Source: an uncultured Spirochaetaceae bacterium (lineage in GTDB: Bacteria; Spirochaetota; Spirochaetia; Sphaerochaetales; Sphaerochaetaceae). From it: a DNA stretch of 64,000 bases. The position numbers and the translations under genes are program-made. The notes under the pieces are model-generated. The model was not told where the DNA came from and made no database searches. It saw nothing but the letters and a program-made list of their open reading frames with translations. Below, one piece after another: positions 7,677 to 18,525 of this stretch. The stretch is from NCBI GenBank assembly GCA_964473245.1, contig CAYYOL010000008.1, forward strand, positions 1-64,000, read 5' to 3'. How positions within the stretch are numbered: position 1 is the stretch's first letter; each line of letters begins with the position of its first letter.

Positions 7677-10355
7677 ATGAAACGGTTAGTTCTGAACATT
7701 CTGAAACGGTTTCTCGTGATTGTTCCTATTGCTTTGCTGTTCTTCGTCATGGTCGGGCGTTTGATGGTAGTCGAACAGGAGAATGCCCGGAATAAAGTGA
7801 TAGCAGAACATACTGGCCACTTGCGTCTTATGGACTTCATGATCTCCAATGTGTTTAACGAGTACTATACCACATTACATCTTATTCAGAATGCAAATGA
7901 AGTGAACCTGTATTTCGAAAACCCCTCGGAGCGCACCCGGAACGAGGTAGAACAGTTCTTCATTCGAATGGCTCACAACAGATCGTATATTCGAAGATTG
8001 TTTCTCAGCGATACCGAGGGGAGCATCCTCATCGGATTCGACGCAGCAGAGAATCAACGCGTATCGAACGATTCTCCTAGCCCGACTCAGCAGCCGAGTC
8101 GTGAAATGGCTCAAGTAGTGCGTACCATGGACCCTGGTGGTTTCTACTTTACGCCGCTCGTGCAACCCGAAATGCATACGGAAGTATTCCATGGTCGACA
8201 GGGGGTACTTACCGGCATACCCGTATATAGAGACGATACCCATGCTGCGAACATAGGAATGGCCGTCTCTGGTGAACATATTCTCTCCATGATGGATCAA
8301 TTCTTCATAGATCACTCGAGTGAGATTCAATTCACACTGGTCAATAGTGATGGATCCACACTCTATTCCGATCTGGAACGGCGTGTGCCGGATGATTTGA
8401 ACCGGGAGATGATCGAAGAGAACATAAGAAACATCATACAGATGGCGAAGGAGAGTTCAGAGGGGCATATCATCCAGAATGGCCATAATTACTACTATGT
8501 AGCCTTCAACCCATTTTCGGGGAACTCTCCCTATTACCAGTCGAACGACTATTTTCTCGCTGGGATCGTCTCATTCTCAGACGAAGACGTCATAGCAGTA
8601 TCGGATTCTTTCATACTTAAAAACAAGCCGCTCAGATGGGTGATCTCACTTGTCGTCCTCCTGCTGGGTGGATTCATCAACGTGCTCACCTATTTCAGGA
8701 AAAACGATCGGGAACTCCTCTCTGTGAGCAATCTCGTCTCCGACCAAGCCCACGATGGGGTGGTCATTACCGACACAATGCAGCATGTCACCTACTGTAA
8801 TCGTACCTTCGAGGTCATGACCGACCTCTCGTTCGACGAGATTCGAGCTGGTGATCATGCTATCATGTCGGTCTCAGGGGAGAAGTTCGATTCCGAACAG
8901 GCGCTTTCAGAGACCAGAAACTCAGATACCAAACACCACTCCTGGAAGGGGTTTGTCTGGCTTGGGGGGAGGCACCACTTTGCTCTGACGTACCTTATGA
9001 TCAGTAGTATCGCCAATGGACAAGGCCATGTCGCCCACACCGTTGGACTCTACTCGAACCCGAGGAACCTCACCAAGGAGTCTTCGGCAAAGCTGTTGTT
9101 CTCCGATGAGTCCGATTTAGATCATATCGACAGTCTCCCGCTGCAACTCTTGAACAAGAGGTTGCAGGACCGAGAGCCTTTCGTTATCGCATACATGCGA
9201 TTGGCGAACATCGATCGAATCGAAGCTCAGTACACTTTGGAGGAGCACTACCACCTGGGAGCGATGATTCGAAAACGTATGATCACCACATTTGGCAACG
9301 ACCAGCTGATCTTCCAATACTCACCCGATACGTTCGTGTTCACCGTACCCGCAGGTCAGGCGAGTTCTGACTATGGAGTCGAACTCATCCACTCGCTATT
9401 CGAAAAACCGCTGATATTGCGTGGTATACAGGAGATGGTTCTGGTGCGTTGTGGCATATCGCTACCCTCCAATACCTCCATACCAGCTTCTGTCATGATG
9501 CGGCAAGCAAAGATGGCCTTAGCGGCACAAGAGCATTTCGGTCAGGACGGTCTGCTGAGATACGATGCGACAGTCAACGAACAGCTGCATCGCTATTACC
9601 GTATTCTGCAAGATATTCCAAAGGCTATTGAGACGAGAGCAATTACTGTGTACTACCAGCCTATCGTGGAGTGTACAAGCGGCCAAGTTACTGGTGCTGA
9701 GGCTTTGGTGCGATGGAGGCATCCGGAGTTAGGTGATATTTCTCCAGCAGAATTCATTCCGATCATTGAACAGCATGGATATGAGCGGATGCTTGGCATA
9801 TATGTGGTGGAGTGTGTTGCAGAGTTCATGGGATCGGTAGGTAAGCACATGAGGGATGATTTTTCATTCTCCGTGAACATCTGCCCGACAGAACTACAGG
9901 ATCCGGATCTGGTTTGGCATATGGTGCGCGCTCTTGATGCTCATGGTGTTTCGCACCATGCATTGGTGATCGAATTGACTGAAAGAACACTTCTTGCCGA
10001 TCTGCAAACTGCCAATATTGTGCTGCAACTCCTCCATGAGCAGGACATTCAGGTTGCGATCGATGATTTTGGCACAGGCTTCTCTTCATTGAGCTATCTG
10101 CATGAACTGGATGTCGATGTTCTGAAGATCGACCGGTCGTTCATCAAAGGCTACCCAACCGAAGATGATGGGGTGATACTCAAGGCCATGGTCGGTATGG
10201 CGAAAGAGCTCGATATTGCAGTGCTCGTCGAAGGTATCGAAAATCCTGAACAACTCGAGCTGATACAATCTCTTGGGGCTAACTCGTATCAGGGTTTCCA
10301 TTTCTCCGGGGCAATCGCTCCAGAAGACTTCAGACGACTACTCGATCCTTCGTAG
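7677..10355 (+). CDS. membrane-anchored sensor with degenerate GGDEF and intact EAL domain (c-di-GMP phosphodiesterase)
   Basis: 892-aa ORF. N-terminal TM helix and a periplasmic-type sensor region. The GGDEF-like domain has lost its signature motif (…QYSPDTFVF…). The EAL domain has the conserved QPIV…EALVRW, ELTER and DDFGTG motifs. Confidence 0.8.
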   Translation: MKRLVLNILKRFLVIVPIALLFFVMVGRLMVVEQENARNKVIAEHTGHLRLMDFMISNVFNEYYTTLHLIQNANEVNLYFENPSERTRNEVEQFFIRMAHNRSYIRRLFLSDTEGSILIGFDAAENQRVSNDSPSPTQQPSREMAQVVRTMDPGGFYFTPLVQPEMHTEVFHGRQGVLTGIPVYRDDTHAANIGMAVSGEHILSMMDQFFIDHSSEIQFTLVNSDGSTLYSDLERRVPDDLNREMIEENIRNIIQMAKESSEGHIIQNGHNYYYVAFNPFSGNSPYYQSNDYFLAGIVSFSDEDVIAVSDSFILKNKPLRWVISLVVLLLGGFINVLTYFRKNDRELLSVSNLVSDQAHDGVVITDTMQHVTYCNRTFEVMTDLSFDEIRAGDHAIMSVSGEKFDSEQALSETRNSDTKHHSWKGFVWLGGRHHFALTYLMISSIANGQGHVAHTVGLYSNPRNLTKESSAKLLFSDESDLDHIDSLPLQLLNKRLQDREPFVIAYMRLANIDRIEAQYTLEEHYHLGAMIRKRMITTFGNDQLIFQYSPDTFVFTVPAGQASSDYGVELIHSLFEKPLILRGIQEMVLVRCGISLPSNTSIPASVMMRQAKMALAAQEHFGQDGLLRYDATVNEQLHRYYRILQDIPKAIETRAITVYYQPIVECTSGQVTGAEALVRWRHPELGDISPAEFIPIIEQHGYERMLGIYVVECVAEFMGSVGKHMRDDFSFSVNICPTELQDPDLVWHMVRALDAHGVSHHALVIELTERTLLADLQTANIVLQLLHEQDIQVAIDDFGTGFSSLSYLHELDVDVLKIDRSFIKGYPTEDDGVILKAMVGMAKELDIAVLVEGIENPEQLELIQSLGANSYQGFHFSGAIAPEDFRRLLDPS

Positions 10356-11580
10356 CGGACTGGACTCCCATGATCATGAATGCCGAGATGATGAGCATGA
10401 GACTGCTAACCATCAATGCGAATCCAAGCGAGCTGAATGTGGCGATCTTAGTGACCAGCCAAGGGAAGATCATCCTTCCCACGGTTCCGCTGACTATGTA
10501 GGAGAGCGAAATAAACGCCGTATTCCGTGGATACCAGGTCGATGTAACCACGATATACATAGGGATTGTGGCCCCAGCGAAGAATCCACACAATAGAATC
10601 AACAACAACACGATGTAAATCGAGCTGAACAGCATTGCCCCGATGAGAGATATTCCTGCGAGGAACATTCCCCAAATCGAGAGGGTGAACGGACTCCCTC
10701 CACGACCCATGATAGGCCCTACTAGCAGGCGGGAGGCTGCTGTGCCAATCCAGAATACCGTGAGCGATGTTCCTGTGACACTTGCAGACTGTCCAAGCTC
10801 GGTCTCCACATATACCGGGATCCAGGCTGCACACACCACCTGGCTCCCCATGTAGAAGAGAATGACGAGCGTGTAGAGTATGAATGCTTTGTCCTTCAAC
10901 AGTATACGGATAGGTCCGACCTCATCCTTCATCGAATCGTGTGTTGTTCTTGATCCATCCAGTTCCGTTTCCCGCTTCTTTCTACTTGCATGCCTCTGCA
11001 GGATTCCTAGGACGAGAATCGTTGCCATGATCACACCGACGAGGCCATAGGCTAAGCGCCACGATTCTCCTTTGAAGGGGAGGATGAGATAGCCAGTGGC
11101 GATCGCTCCCAGGCTATAGCAAAAGTGGAGTAGGGGGATATAGAGCGCCCGTTTCTCATAGTACTCGCTTGCAAGTGAGGCATTCGACCCACTGTCGACA
11201 AGAAAGGTTCCGAATCCCAGTAGCAGGTAGAATCCGAACAGGGCATGTGTCGCAGAAGAGTATGCAATCGATATGAGTGCAACGATCAGAAACAGGTAGC
11301 CGAATTTTGTGACAGCACTCTGCTTGAGGCGTTTCATGATCACCAGTGAGATCGCCATCGATGCAAGAGCGCCCATCTGTTGAAAACTCACAAGCATACC
11401 AGAGCCTGAGAGCGTGAGCCCTGTAGTAGCCATGATATTCGTGGCAAGCGGTCCTAGCAGGTTGTACGAGACGGCGAAGAAAAAGAATCCTGCAAAGAGA
11501 AACACTGGATGCATCTGGTCTGTGTCCTTTCCTGTCAAGCGGCGTTCGATTACTGTATCATGGGGTGTGTACGAATGCAA
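10330..11580 (-). CDS. MFS transporter
   Basis: 416-aa ORF with 12 predicted hydrophobic segments and an MFS-like loop. The start codon is uncertain (several in-frame Met codons). Its 3' end overlaps the preceding gene by 26 nt in convergent orientation. Confidence 0.75.
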   Translation of the reverse strand: MHSYTPHDTVIERRLTGKDTDQMHPVFLFAGFFFFAVSYNLLGPLATNIMATTGLTLSGSGMLVSFQQMGALASMAISLVIMKRLKQSAVTKFGYLFLIVALISIAYSSATHALFGFYLLLGFGTFLVDSGSNASLASEYYEKRALYIPLLHFCYSLGAIATGYLILPFKGESWRLAYGLVGVIMATILVLGILQRHASRKKRETELDGSRTTHDSMKDEVGPIRILLKDKAFILYTLVILFYMGSQVVCAAWIPVYVETELGQSASVTGTSLTVFWIGTAASRLLVGPIMGRGGSPFTLSIWGMFLAGISLIGAMLFSSIYIVLLLILLCGFFAGATIPMYIVVTSTWYPRNTAFISLSYIVSGTVGRMIFPWLVTKIATFSSLGFALMVSSLMLIISAFMIMGVQSATKDRVVV

Positions 11581-11724
11581 TCCATGAGTGAAATCGGATA
11601 GTGTATCAGTACCGCTATTTGCTGCTCGAGGAGAAAATGTTCTCTATGGCTCTTCCCATTTATGATAATTTAAGGTATTATGATAAAAGAAATTATGTAC
11701 TATTATACATCGTTGGAGGAAGTC

Positions 11725-12522
11725 ATGGATAGAAGTAAGACACCAGTTGTACTCGTTACTGGTTCGAGTCGGGGAATCGGTCGAGGAATTGCACTGCAGT
11801 TGGCACGAGAGGGAAACTCTGTCGCCATCACCTATGCTGGAAACAGAGAAGCCGCTGAGCAGACTGCTCGGGATTGTCGGGACTTGGCAAAGGGAACCGA
11901 GGCAACATTCGAGATATTCAAAGCCGATATCGGAAGCAAAGCCGATCGTGACGCCCTGGTCGAGCAGGTGTTTTCGACATTCGGGTCACTCGACGCGTTA
12001 GTGAACAATGCAGGCATGGCTCCAAGAACGAGAGCCGATATTGTGGATGCATCTGAAGAGTCGTTCGAGGAGCTGGTGAGAACCAATCTGCAAGGTCCCT
12101 ACTTTCTTACGCAAGCAGTAGCCAAGCGTTGGTTAGAGAGTGGAGAACCTTCGGTAATCGAGTCGGGTTACAAGGTAGTGTTCGTCACCAGTGTTTCGGT
12201 CGGTACGGTATCGGTCAATCGAGGTGAGTATTGTATTTCAAAAGCGGGACTCTCCATGGCGGCTTCGTTGTGGGCTGCACGACTGGCTGCAGAGGGCGTG
12301 CAGGTCTATGAGATCAGACCGGGAATAGTGGCAACCGATATGACTTCGAAGGTGAAGGGCAAATACGACGCTCTCATCGAGGATGGCCTCGTGCCACAGA
12401 GGCGATGGGGCGAACCAAGTGATACCGGAAAAGCTGTTGCCTCACTCGTGCGGGGCGATTTCCCCTATTCGACCGGTTCGGTGATCTTCACCGATGGGGG
12501 GATGCATATCCCGAGACTGTAG
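11725..12522 (+). CDS. SDR family oxidoreductase (3-oxoacyl-ACP reductase-like)
   Basis: TGSSRGIGRGIA glycine-rich NAD(P)-binding motif, an NNAG motif, and a YxxxK catalytic pair. Start set at the ATG preceded by GGAGGA. Confidence 0.85.
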   Translation: MDRSKTPVVLVTGSSRGIGRGIALQLAREGNSVAITYAGNREAAEQTARDCRDLAKGTEATFEIFKADIGSKADRDALVEQVFSTFGSLDALVNNAGMAPRTRADIVDASEESFEELVRTNLQGPYFLTQAVAKRWLESGEPSVIESGYKVVFVTSVSVGTVSVNRGEYCISKAGLSMAASLWAARLAAEGVQVYEIRPGIVATDMTSKVKGKYDALIEDGLVPQRRWGEPSDTGKAVASLVRGDFPYSTGSVIFTDGGMHIPRL

Positions 12523-12542
12523 CTTGACATGCATACAAAAAG

Positions 12543-12579
12543 AGGCCGAATCGTCTTCCATGGGATTTCGATTCGGCCT
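12543..12579. terminator. bidirectional rho-independent terminator between convergent genes
   Basis: 11-bp perfect stem AGGCCGAATCG/CGATTCGGCCT with a 15-nt loop. It is flanked by an A-run upstream and a T-rich stretch downstream, and lies between the convergent SDR and dctM 3' ends. Confidence 0.5.
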
Positions 12580-12596
12580 TATTGTGTAGCGATGTG

Positions 12597-13853
12597 TTAC
12601 AGGAACATGAGCGACAATTGCGGAATATAGGTGATCAGCATCAATGCTCCCAAAAGTAGAGCCATAAACGGCAATACTGCCCGGGTGACCTGCGAGACCG
12701 ACATTTTACTTATACCGGAGGCAACGTAGAGGTTCAGCCCGAACGGAGGAGTGACCATACCGATGGCAAGGTTTACGATCATGATTACGCCAAAGTGGAT
12801 CGGGTTCACACCCAGGGCCATTACCGCTGGGAGGAACAGTGGAGCCAGAATGGTGACGGCAGCACTCGGATCCATGATCATTCCCACTACCAGTAGCAGC
12901 AGATTGATGAACAGCAGGAGTGTGAACGGAGTCGATGCATACTGAAGAATAAACTCAGCAAGCATGGTAGGAACTTTTCTGAAGGTAAGATAGCGACTGA
13001 GAACTGTTGCATTCGCAATGATGAACATGATCACAGCAGAGATCGTCACAGACTTTCTCGCTATCGCCATAACCTCGGATAGTTTCAACTCCTTGTATAC
13101 GAACAGACTCACCGCAAGGCTGTACACAACTGCAACCGCAGCCGACTCGGTAGGAGTGAACACGCCAAGATAGATTCCTCCAAGAACGATGAGCGGCATC
13201 ATAAGACCCCAGAAAGACTTCCTCAATGAGTGGAGCACTTCCTTGAAGTGGGGAAATGGCTCTTTCTCGTATGGTTGCTTTCGTGAAATGAAGTATGCAG
13301 CTATCATGAGCACCAAACCGATCAGAATTCCAGGAACGATACCGGCAAGAAACAACTGTGCAATGGATTGCTCCGAGATGACTCCATAGACCAAGAGGGT
13401 GATGCTGGGAGGAATGATGATCCCTAATGAACCAGATGCACACATGAGTCCGACTGCGAATCGTTTCTCATATTTTGCCTCTTCCATCGATGGAATCATG
13501 ATTCCACCGATAGCCGCAACTGTTGCAGGAGCACTTCCCGAAAGAGCAGCGAAGAACATAGATGAGATGACTCCTGTGATCGGAAGACCTCCATTGGTCC
13601 AGCCGATGAGTTTTTTAGCAAAATCTATCAGTCGCTTCGAAACTCCACCTTTCAACATGATGTCGCCGGCGAAGATGAAGAATGGAATAGCCATGAGAGC
13701 GAACGAGTCGACACCGGAGAACATTGCCTGGATGATCGAGCCGTAGCTTCTGCCAGCCTCGAAGTGCATGAACAGCATCGCACTCATACCAGTTGAGATA
13801 CCGATGGGGACTCCAATCGCTAGCAGGATTGTGAATAGTATCAATACAAACAT
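12597..13853 (-). CDS. dctM: TRAP transporter large permease subunit
   Basis: 418-aa polytopic protein with typical DctM sequence. It is in an operon with dctQ and dctP. Confidence 0.9.
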   Translation of the reverse strand: MFVLILFTILLAIGVPIGISTGMSAMLFMHFEAGRSYGSIIQAMFSGVDSFALMAIPFFIFAGDIMLKGGVSKRLIDFAKKLIGWTNGGLPITGVISSMFFAALSGSAPATVAAIGGIMIPSMEEAKYEKRFAVGLMCASGSLGIIIPPSITLLVYGVISEQSIAQLFLAGIVPGILIGLVLMIAAYFISRKQPYEKEPFPHFKEVLHSLRKSFWGLMMPLIVLGGIYLGVFTPTESAAVAVVYSLAVSLFVYKELKLSEVMAIARKSVTISAVIMFIIANATVLSRYLTFRKVPTMLAEFILQYASTPFTLLLFINLLLLVVGMIMDPSAAVTILAPLFLPAVMALGVNPIHFGVIMIVNLAIGMVTPPFGLNLYVASGISKMSVSQVTRAVLPFMALLLGALMLITYIPQLSLMFL

Positions 13854-13858
13854 AGTCC

Positions 13859-14359
13859 TTACTTCTCCATCGGAGCTTTAATCTTAGCGATAAGCTCCAT
13901 GCTATAACGAATGGCCATGAGAGCACACCCGAAGGGGATGGCCAGATAGGGGATGAACATGGGAATCTCAAGCGTTGGTGTGATGTTTCCCATTGCTCGG
14001 ACACGGAACACCAGATCGAGTCCGAATCGTGTGACCATGAGACAATAGGCAATCGAGATAGCAAGTGCCAGAATCTCAACACCCTTCCGTGCAACCCCTG
14101 GAAGGAGCTTGACCAGGACATCCACCGATGCATGGGCCCCCTGCTTGACTGCAAGGCTGCTACCCAAGAATACAAACCATACAATACCATACCGTGCAAA
14201 CTCTTCTGCCCACACGATGGATTGACCGAACACATACCTGAGAACCACCTGGATGAATATCATCAGTGAGGTGACAATCATGAGAATCGCGGGAATGTGC
14301 TCTTCAAATACTGCGAAGACTTTTTTCATAGGATTATTCTTCCATCTTGAACGATCCAC
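13859..14359 (-). CDS. dctQ: TRAP transporter small permease subunit
   Basis: 166-aa protein with 4 TM helices, located between dctP and dctM. Confidence 0.85.
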   Translation of the reverse strand: MDRSRWKNNPMKKVFAVFEEHIPAILMIVTSLMIFIQVVLRYVFGQSIVWAEEFARYGIVWFVFLGSSLAVKQGAHASVDVLVKLLPGVARKGVEILALAISIAYCLMVTRFGLDLVFRVRAMGNITPTLEIPMFIPYLAIPFGCALMAIRYSMELIAKIKAPMEK

Positions 14360-14417
14360 CGATCACCAGCGACCGTATGGTCGCCGGTAACCGAAGGAAT
14401 CGATCATTCTTTTCTCA

Positions 14418-15428
14418 TTATCTCGACTGCTCGAGAGCTTCAACCAGCTCATCTCCACCAGGAACTGAGCTTCTGAATACATCGTAGACAGATGCTGTGG
14501 CTTCGAGGAATGCCTGTTTCTCGGCAGCAGTGAGTTCAACAATCTCTATGTCGGTTTCACGAAGCTGTCTCAGATATTCGGCATCTTCGAGTCGAGCCTG
14601 CTCCCACTGCCAGACAGAGACTTCATCAGCTGTCTCGTTGACAATCTGCTTCAGGTCATCTGGAAGGGACTGGTAGAACGACTCTGCAACGAGGAATGCG
14701 TATCCAAGGTACCCATGCTCCGAGAGGGTCAGATGCTTCTGTGCCTCATAGAAACGGCGGGTGAAGATATTGGCCAAGGTGTTCTCCTGACCATCTACGG
14801 TACCCTGCTGCAGTGCTGTGTAGAGTTCAGCAAATGCGATATCGACACCATTGGCACCAAGAGCGGCAAACTGAGAAAGCAGCAGAGGACTCTGGGAGAC
14901 ACGGATTCTCATACCGGCCATGTCTGCAGGAGTGCGAACTGGGCGAAGGTTGTTCGTGATATGCTTAAAGCCACCATCCCAGTACCCAAGTACGCGCAAG
15001 CCCTGCTGGAGCAGGAACGGGTTCAGAATATCACCGACAGGACCGTGCATTGCATCGTAGGCTCCCTGGGAGTCGGCGAATGCGAACGGAAGGTCGAACA
15101 GCTGTGTCTGTGGAACGAATGCAGGTAGCACACCGGTGAATGGTGCATTGAATTCGATATCACCAAGCTGCATCTGTTCGGTGATCTCTCTATCGTTTCC
15201 CAGCTGGCTGTCGGGATAGACAGAGATGTCGAGTCGACCATTGGATCGCTCTCTCACTAGATCGGCAAACATCTCTGCTGCCTTACCTTTCGCGATCGTA
15301 GGACGTACAACGTGAGCAAACGTAGCTTCGAAGACCTTGTCTTCAGCAGCCGTTTCAGACTGTCCTGCTGCAAAGAGTGAACCTGCAACGAGAACGACCA
15401 TCAGAGCCAAAGAAATAATTCGTCTCAT
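14418..15428 (-). CDS. dctP: TRAP transporter substrate-binding protein
   Basis: 336-aa protein with a signal peptide and the DctP-family fold signature (…YDAMHGPVG…, …FTRRFYEAQKHLTLSEHGY…). Confidence 0.9.
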   Translation of the reverse strand: MRRIISLALMVVLVAGSLFAAGQSETAAEDKVFEATFAHVVRPTIAKGKAAEMFADLVRERSNGRLDISVYPDSQLGNDREITEQMQLGDIEFNAPFTGVLPAFVPQTQLFDLPFAFADSQGAYDAMHGPVGDILNPFLLQQGLRVLGYWDGGFKHITNNLRPVRTPADMAGMRIRVSQSPLLLSQFAALGANGVDIAFAELYTALQQGTVDGQENTLANIFTRRFYEAQKHLTLSEHGYLGYAFLVAESFYQSLPDDLKQIVNETADEVSVWQWEQARLEDAEYLRQLRETDIEIVELTAAEKQAFLEATASVYDVFRSSVPGGDELVEALEQSR

Positions 15429-15478
15429 AATACTCTCCTTAGTATTTTCTTAAGTTCCTAGGGAACTTATTGCTATAA

Positions 15479-17509
15479 TCAAGTCTGAAGATATGTTCCT
15501 GACAGGAAATCTCTCCAGACAGTCTCAAACCAAAAATCATCATCTGGAATGGCCCGGCACTGAATATACTCATGTACAACAGAACCATGTTCCATGCGAG
15601 TGGACATGATTGTATGCCTTCCATACTCTTGTTCAGGGAGATAGCGCCAGAATGCTTCCAGCTGGTCGTGAATGGTTTTTCCTTCACTGTGTAGCACCAA
15701 GGCCGACCCTCTGCTCCCTCCTCCCTGGGATAGGTACGCCGCTATGGCGCTGAGGTATACCTGGTGGGCAAGCACCAGGTGACGAGTCTGGAATAGCTTT
15801 GGTAGTAAATAGCGTGTATCAACTTGTATGTGTCTGAATGAATCGACTTGGAGTTCTGCTGCCTTGAGCTCTGCTTCTACATCTGTTTTCGATCGAGTCA
15901 TTGCACCGACTTTGCTCATTCGTTGCCTATACGTGCGGCGGTATGCTCCCAGTTCTGCCAGTGCTTCGACTTCTCGATTCTGTGACTGCACATTGGTGGC
16001 AACGCCATGCTTCGCAATCGTATACATACGTTTAAGAACATCGACAGCAACCTGTTCGAAGTCGTCCCAGCTCACCGTTCTCCCTTGGTAGGATCCTGCA
16101 ATCTTTCGCGCCGCCCGTTCTCCACCTACCTGACCCGAATTGAGTGCGGACCCTCCCGGTCTTGCGACCCCATGGGTTCCTGCTACCTCTCCCACTGGGA
16201 ACAGGTGTTTAATATTCACCGACTCCCACCAGAGATCTACCGAAAGTCCCCCATTGTTGTGTTGTGCGGATACTGCAACCTCAAGCGGTTCAGTTTCCAG
16301 GTCGATACCATGATCTCGATATAGAGCGATTGCCTGTGGATTCATGCGCTGTAGTCGTTTGAACGGAGTCTCGGCAAGAGCATCCGATCGTTCCAGATAG
16401 GTGCGGGCGACCGTACCTACTGCATCGAGAGAGAATGCATGGGAGCCGGGGACGGCTGATGGGTTTCGTCTGAAGTCCATGAAAACCTTACGTCCAAGCA
16501 GTACTTGCTCCCGGTATACGAGGATATCGATGAGCGAAGAGCCTCCGTTCATGATCTTATTCACATCGAAGGGCCACTGGTATCCTTTGAGGAAGATCGC
16601 ATTGCATAGTTCCTCGGTGGTCTGGAAAAATGGCTGTAGGAATTCGCGTGGATCGTTTCCATCGGAATCGGTGCTGATATATGCGGGGATGACCTGCTGA
16701 TAACTACCGGACACATTCCATCGGAACTTTGTTGAGGCTAGGCCGAACTGCGATTCGGTCAGGTTGTTCGCCTCGGCACCAATTTCCAAGGCAAGCCCAA
16801 TGGCTCCTGAGTGGCATGCAGGATAGACGGAATCTTCATAGATGCCCCCGGGGCCGCCAACGCCGAAAACAACGTTTTCAGCCATATAGAGGCGGAGGCC
16901 ATAGGTCTCATCCAGTACAGCCTTTCTATCGATTGCCACGGCTCCGACGATACGGTCCCGATTCTTGATCAGGGATATGACCTCGGTATGTTCATGAATC
17001 GGAATATCTCTTCGGTTGACTTCCTGCAACAATGCTTCAACCATCTTCTTAGATGTATAGGGACCTATGGAGCACCCTCGTTCACGAGAGTCGTGGTCGG
17101 TCTTGTATCCCACATAGCCACCATAGGTGTGTATGGGAAACGGAACACCGATCGAGGAGAGATAGTAGAACCCCTCTGCTGAGCCCATCGATTCGACGAG
17201 AGCGATATCGCCGTGCATCGCTCCACCTTGGAATAGATCCTGTGCCATCATATAGGGAGAATCGGGCTCTTTGGTATTGGTCGCCAAGCGATAATAGGTC
17301 TGTTTGTCAGACCCGGTATTGTAAGAGGTGCCTCCCTTGAGCGATTCAGTGATGATGATGATATCCTCAATGCCGAGTTGATGGAGTCTGTTGGCTGCTT
17401 TGAGTGCAGCAGTCCCACTTCCTATGATCAGGGTATGTACCTGATGCACGGGGAATGGCACTGAATCGAGTTGTATAGACTTCAATGGTGTATCTTCCTG
17501 CATGTTCAT
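15479..17509 (-). CDS. FAD-binding oxidoreductase, fumarate reductase/succinate dehydrogenase flavoprotein-like
   Basis: 676-aa ORF. N-terminal dinucleotide-binding motif IIGSGTAALKAA and an SdhA/FrdA-like FAD domain. Its substrate is unknown. Confidence 0.75.
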   Translation of the reverse strand: MNMQEDTPLKSIQLDSVPFPVHQVHTLIIGSGTAALKAANRLHQLGIEDIIIITESLKGGTSYNTGSDKQTYYRLATNTKEPDSPYMMAQDLFQGGAMHGDIALVESMGSAEGFYYLSSIGVPFPIHTYGGYVGYKTDHDSRERGCSIGPYTSKKMVEALLQEVNRRDIPIHEHTEVISLIKNRDRIVGAVAIDRKAVLDETYGLRLYMAENVVFGVGGPGGIYEDSVYPACHSGAIGLALEIGAEANNLTESQFGLASTKFRWNVSGSYQQVIPAYISTDSDGNDPREFLQPFFQTTEELCNAIFLKGYQWPFDVNKIMNGGSSLIDILVYREQVLLGRKVFMDFRRNPSAVPGSHAFSLDAVGTVARTYLERSDALAETPFKRLQRMNPQAIALYRDHGIDLETEPLEVAVSAQHNNGGLSVDLWWESVNIKHLFPVGEVAGTHGVARPGGSALNSGQVGGERAARKIAGSYQGRTVSWDDFEQVAVDVLKRMYTIAKHGVATNVQSQNREVEALAELGAYRRTYRQRMSKVGAMTRSKTDVEAELKAAELQVDSFRHIQVDTRYLLPKLFQTRHLVLAHQVYLSAIAAYLSQGGGSRGSALVLHSEGKTIHDQLEAFWRYLPEQEYGRHTIMSTRMEHGSVVHEYIQCRAIPDDDFWFETVWRDFLSGTYLQT

Positions 17510-18525
17510 ATAGTATCCCCTTCGATATACTCGCCATCGACCTGTATCTGACGCAATTCTGTGGATCTTCCGATGACTCTGTCTTTCAACACCTTGCCCG
17601 CTTCCTGACCCATCATGAAGACATCGAACCGGATAGTGTCTATCCGTTTGCCGATGAACTCCAAAGCAGGGGAGTCGTCGTGTCCCGTGAGAGAGAAATC
17701 CTCGGGAAATGAATACCCTGTCTTCAGACCAATCTGGTAGAGATACAGCGCCACCACATCGTTGAAACTCATGATTGCGTTGTATCCTGACCGTTTCAGT
17801 TCGTGCAGGAAGGATAAAGGGATCTCTTGTAACGACTGGAACTCGAAGACATCGTGCTCCACTTCGAATGGAACGCCGAACCGGTCGCAGGCCTGAGCTA
17901 TTGCCTGCCGTCGCTCTCTGTTGATGTAAGCGACAGGAGTGAATCCCACGTAACAGAGCTTTATGTGCGCTCGTGATCGCTGTTGGTTCTTCATGAGAAT
18001 CTTTTCCAGCAACAGGGCCATCTCTTGCTCTGTGTTGTAGATCACTGAATCGAACCCTTTCGAGAATCTATTTACCAGAAGGATCGGGATTCCACGTTCT
18101 CTGATCGATTGTACCAGATGCGGTTTCGGCATAGTGAAGGCAAATATACAACCATCGATATCTCCCAGTTTCTTGTTGTGGAATGCTTCGTCGTCCAACT
18201 GGTTTATTCGTACGATGATATTGACTTTGACATCGCCGAAGCCCTGATAGAGTCCCTTCACGAACTCGGCGATATCGTAGAACAGGTTGATATAGGTGAA
18301 GCGTGTATCGGGAAGAAACAGCTTTATGTTCAGAATCGCTCTGGACTCATGCTTTCTGATCGTCCGTTTCTCGTACCCCAGCTGTTCGGCCGCATGCAGA
18401 ATGGCATCTCGCTTCTCATTGCTCACGAGCACGGAGTTGTTCAGTACCCGTGAGACGGTCGAAAGTGAGATGCCGCACGAGGTTGCGATATCCTGTAGGG
18501 TTACACGCTTGCCTTTATTGTTCAT
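17506..18525 (-). CDS. LacI family transcriptional regulator
   Basis: N-terminal HTH (VTLQDIATSCGISLSTVSRVLNN) plus a periplasmic-binding-protein-like effector domain. It overlaps the downstream FAD gene by 4 nt. Confidence 0.9.
   Translation of the reverse strand: MNNKGKRVTLQDIATSCGISLSTVSRVLNNSVLVSNEKRDAILHAAEQLGYEKRTIRKHESRAILNIKLFLPDTRFTYINLFYDIAEFVKGLYQGFGDVKVNIIVRINQLDDEAFHNKKLGDIDGCIFAFTMPKPHLVQSIRERGIPILLVNRFSKGFDSVIYNTEQEMALLLEKILMKNQQRSRAHIKLCYVGFTPVAYINRERRQAIAQACDRFGVPFEVEHDVFEFQSLQEIPLSFLHELKRSGYNAIMSFNDVVALYLYQIGLKTGYSFPEDFSLTGHDDSPALEFIGKRIDTIRFDVFMMGQEAGKVLKDRVIGRSTELRQIQVDGEYIEGDTI

Noticed and set aside
13615-14235. 206-aa and 162-aa minus-strand ORFs (13615-14235, 12955-13443) in alternative frames
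   Set aside because: They overlap the dctQ and dctM genes out of frame. Their Trp/Ser/Arg-rich compositions are typical of out-of-frame translation.
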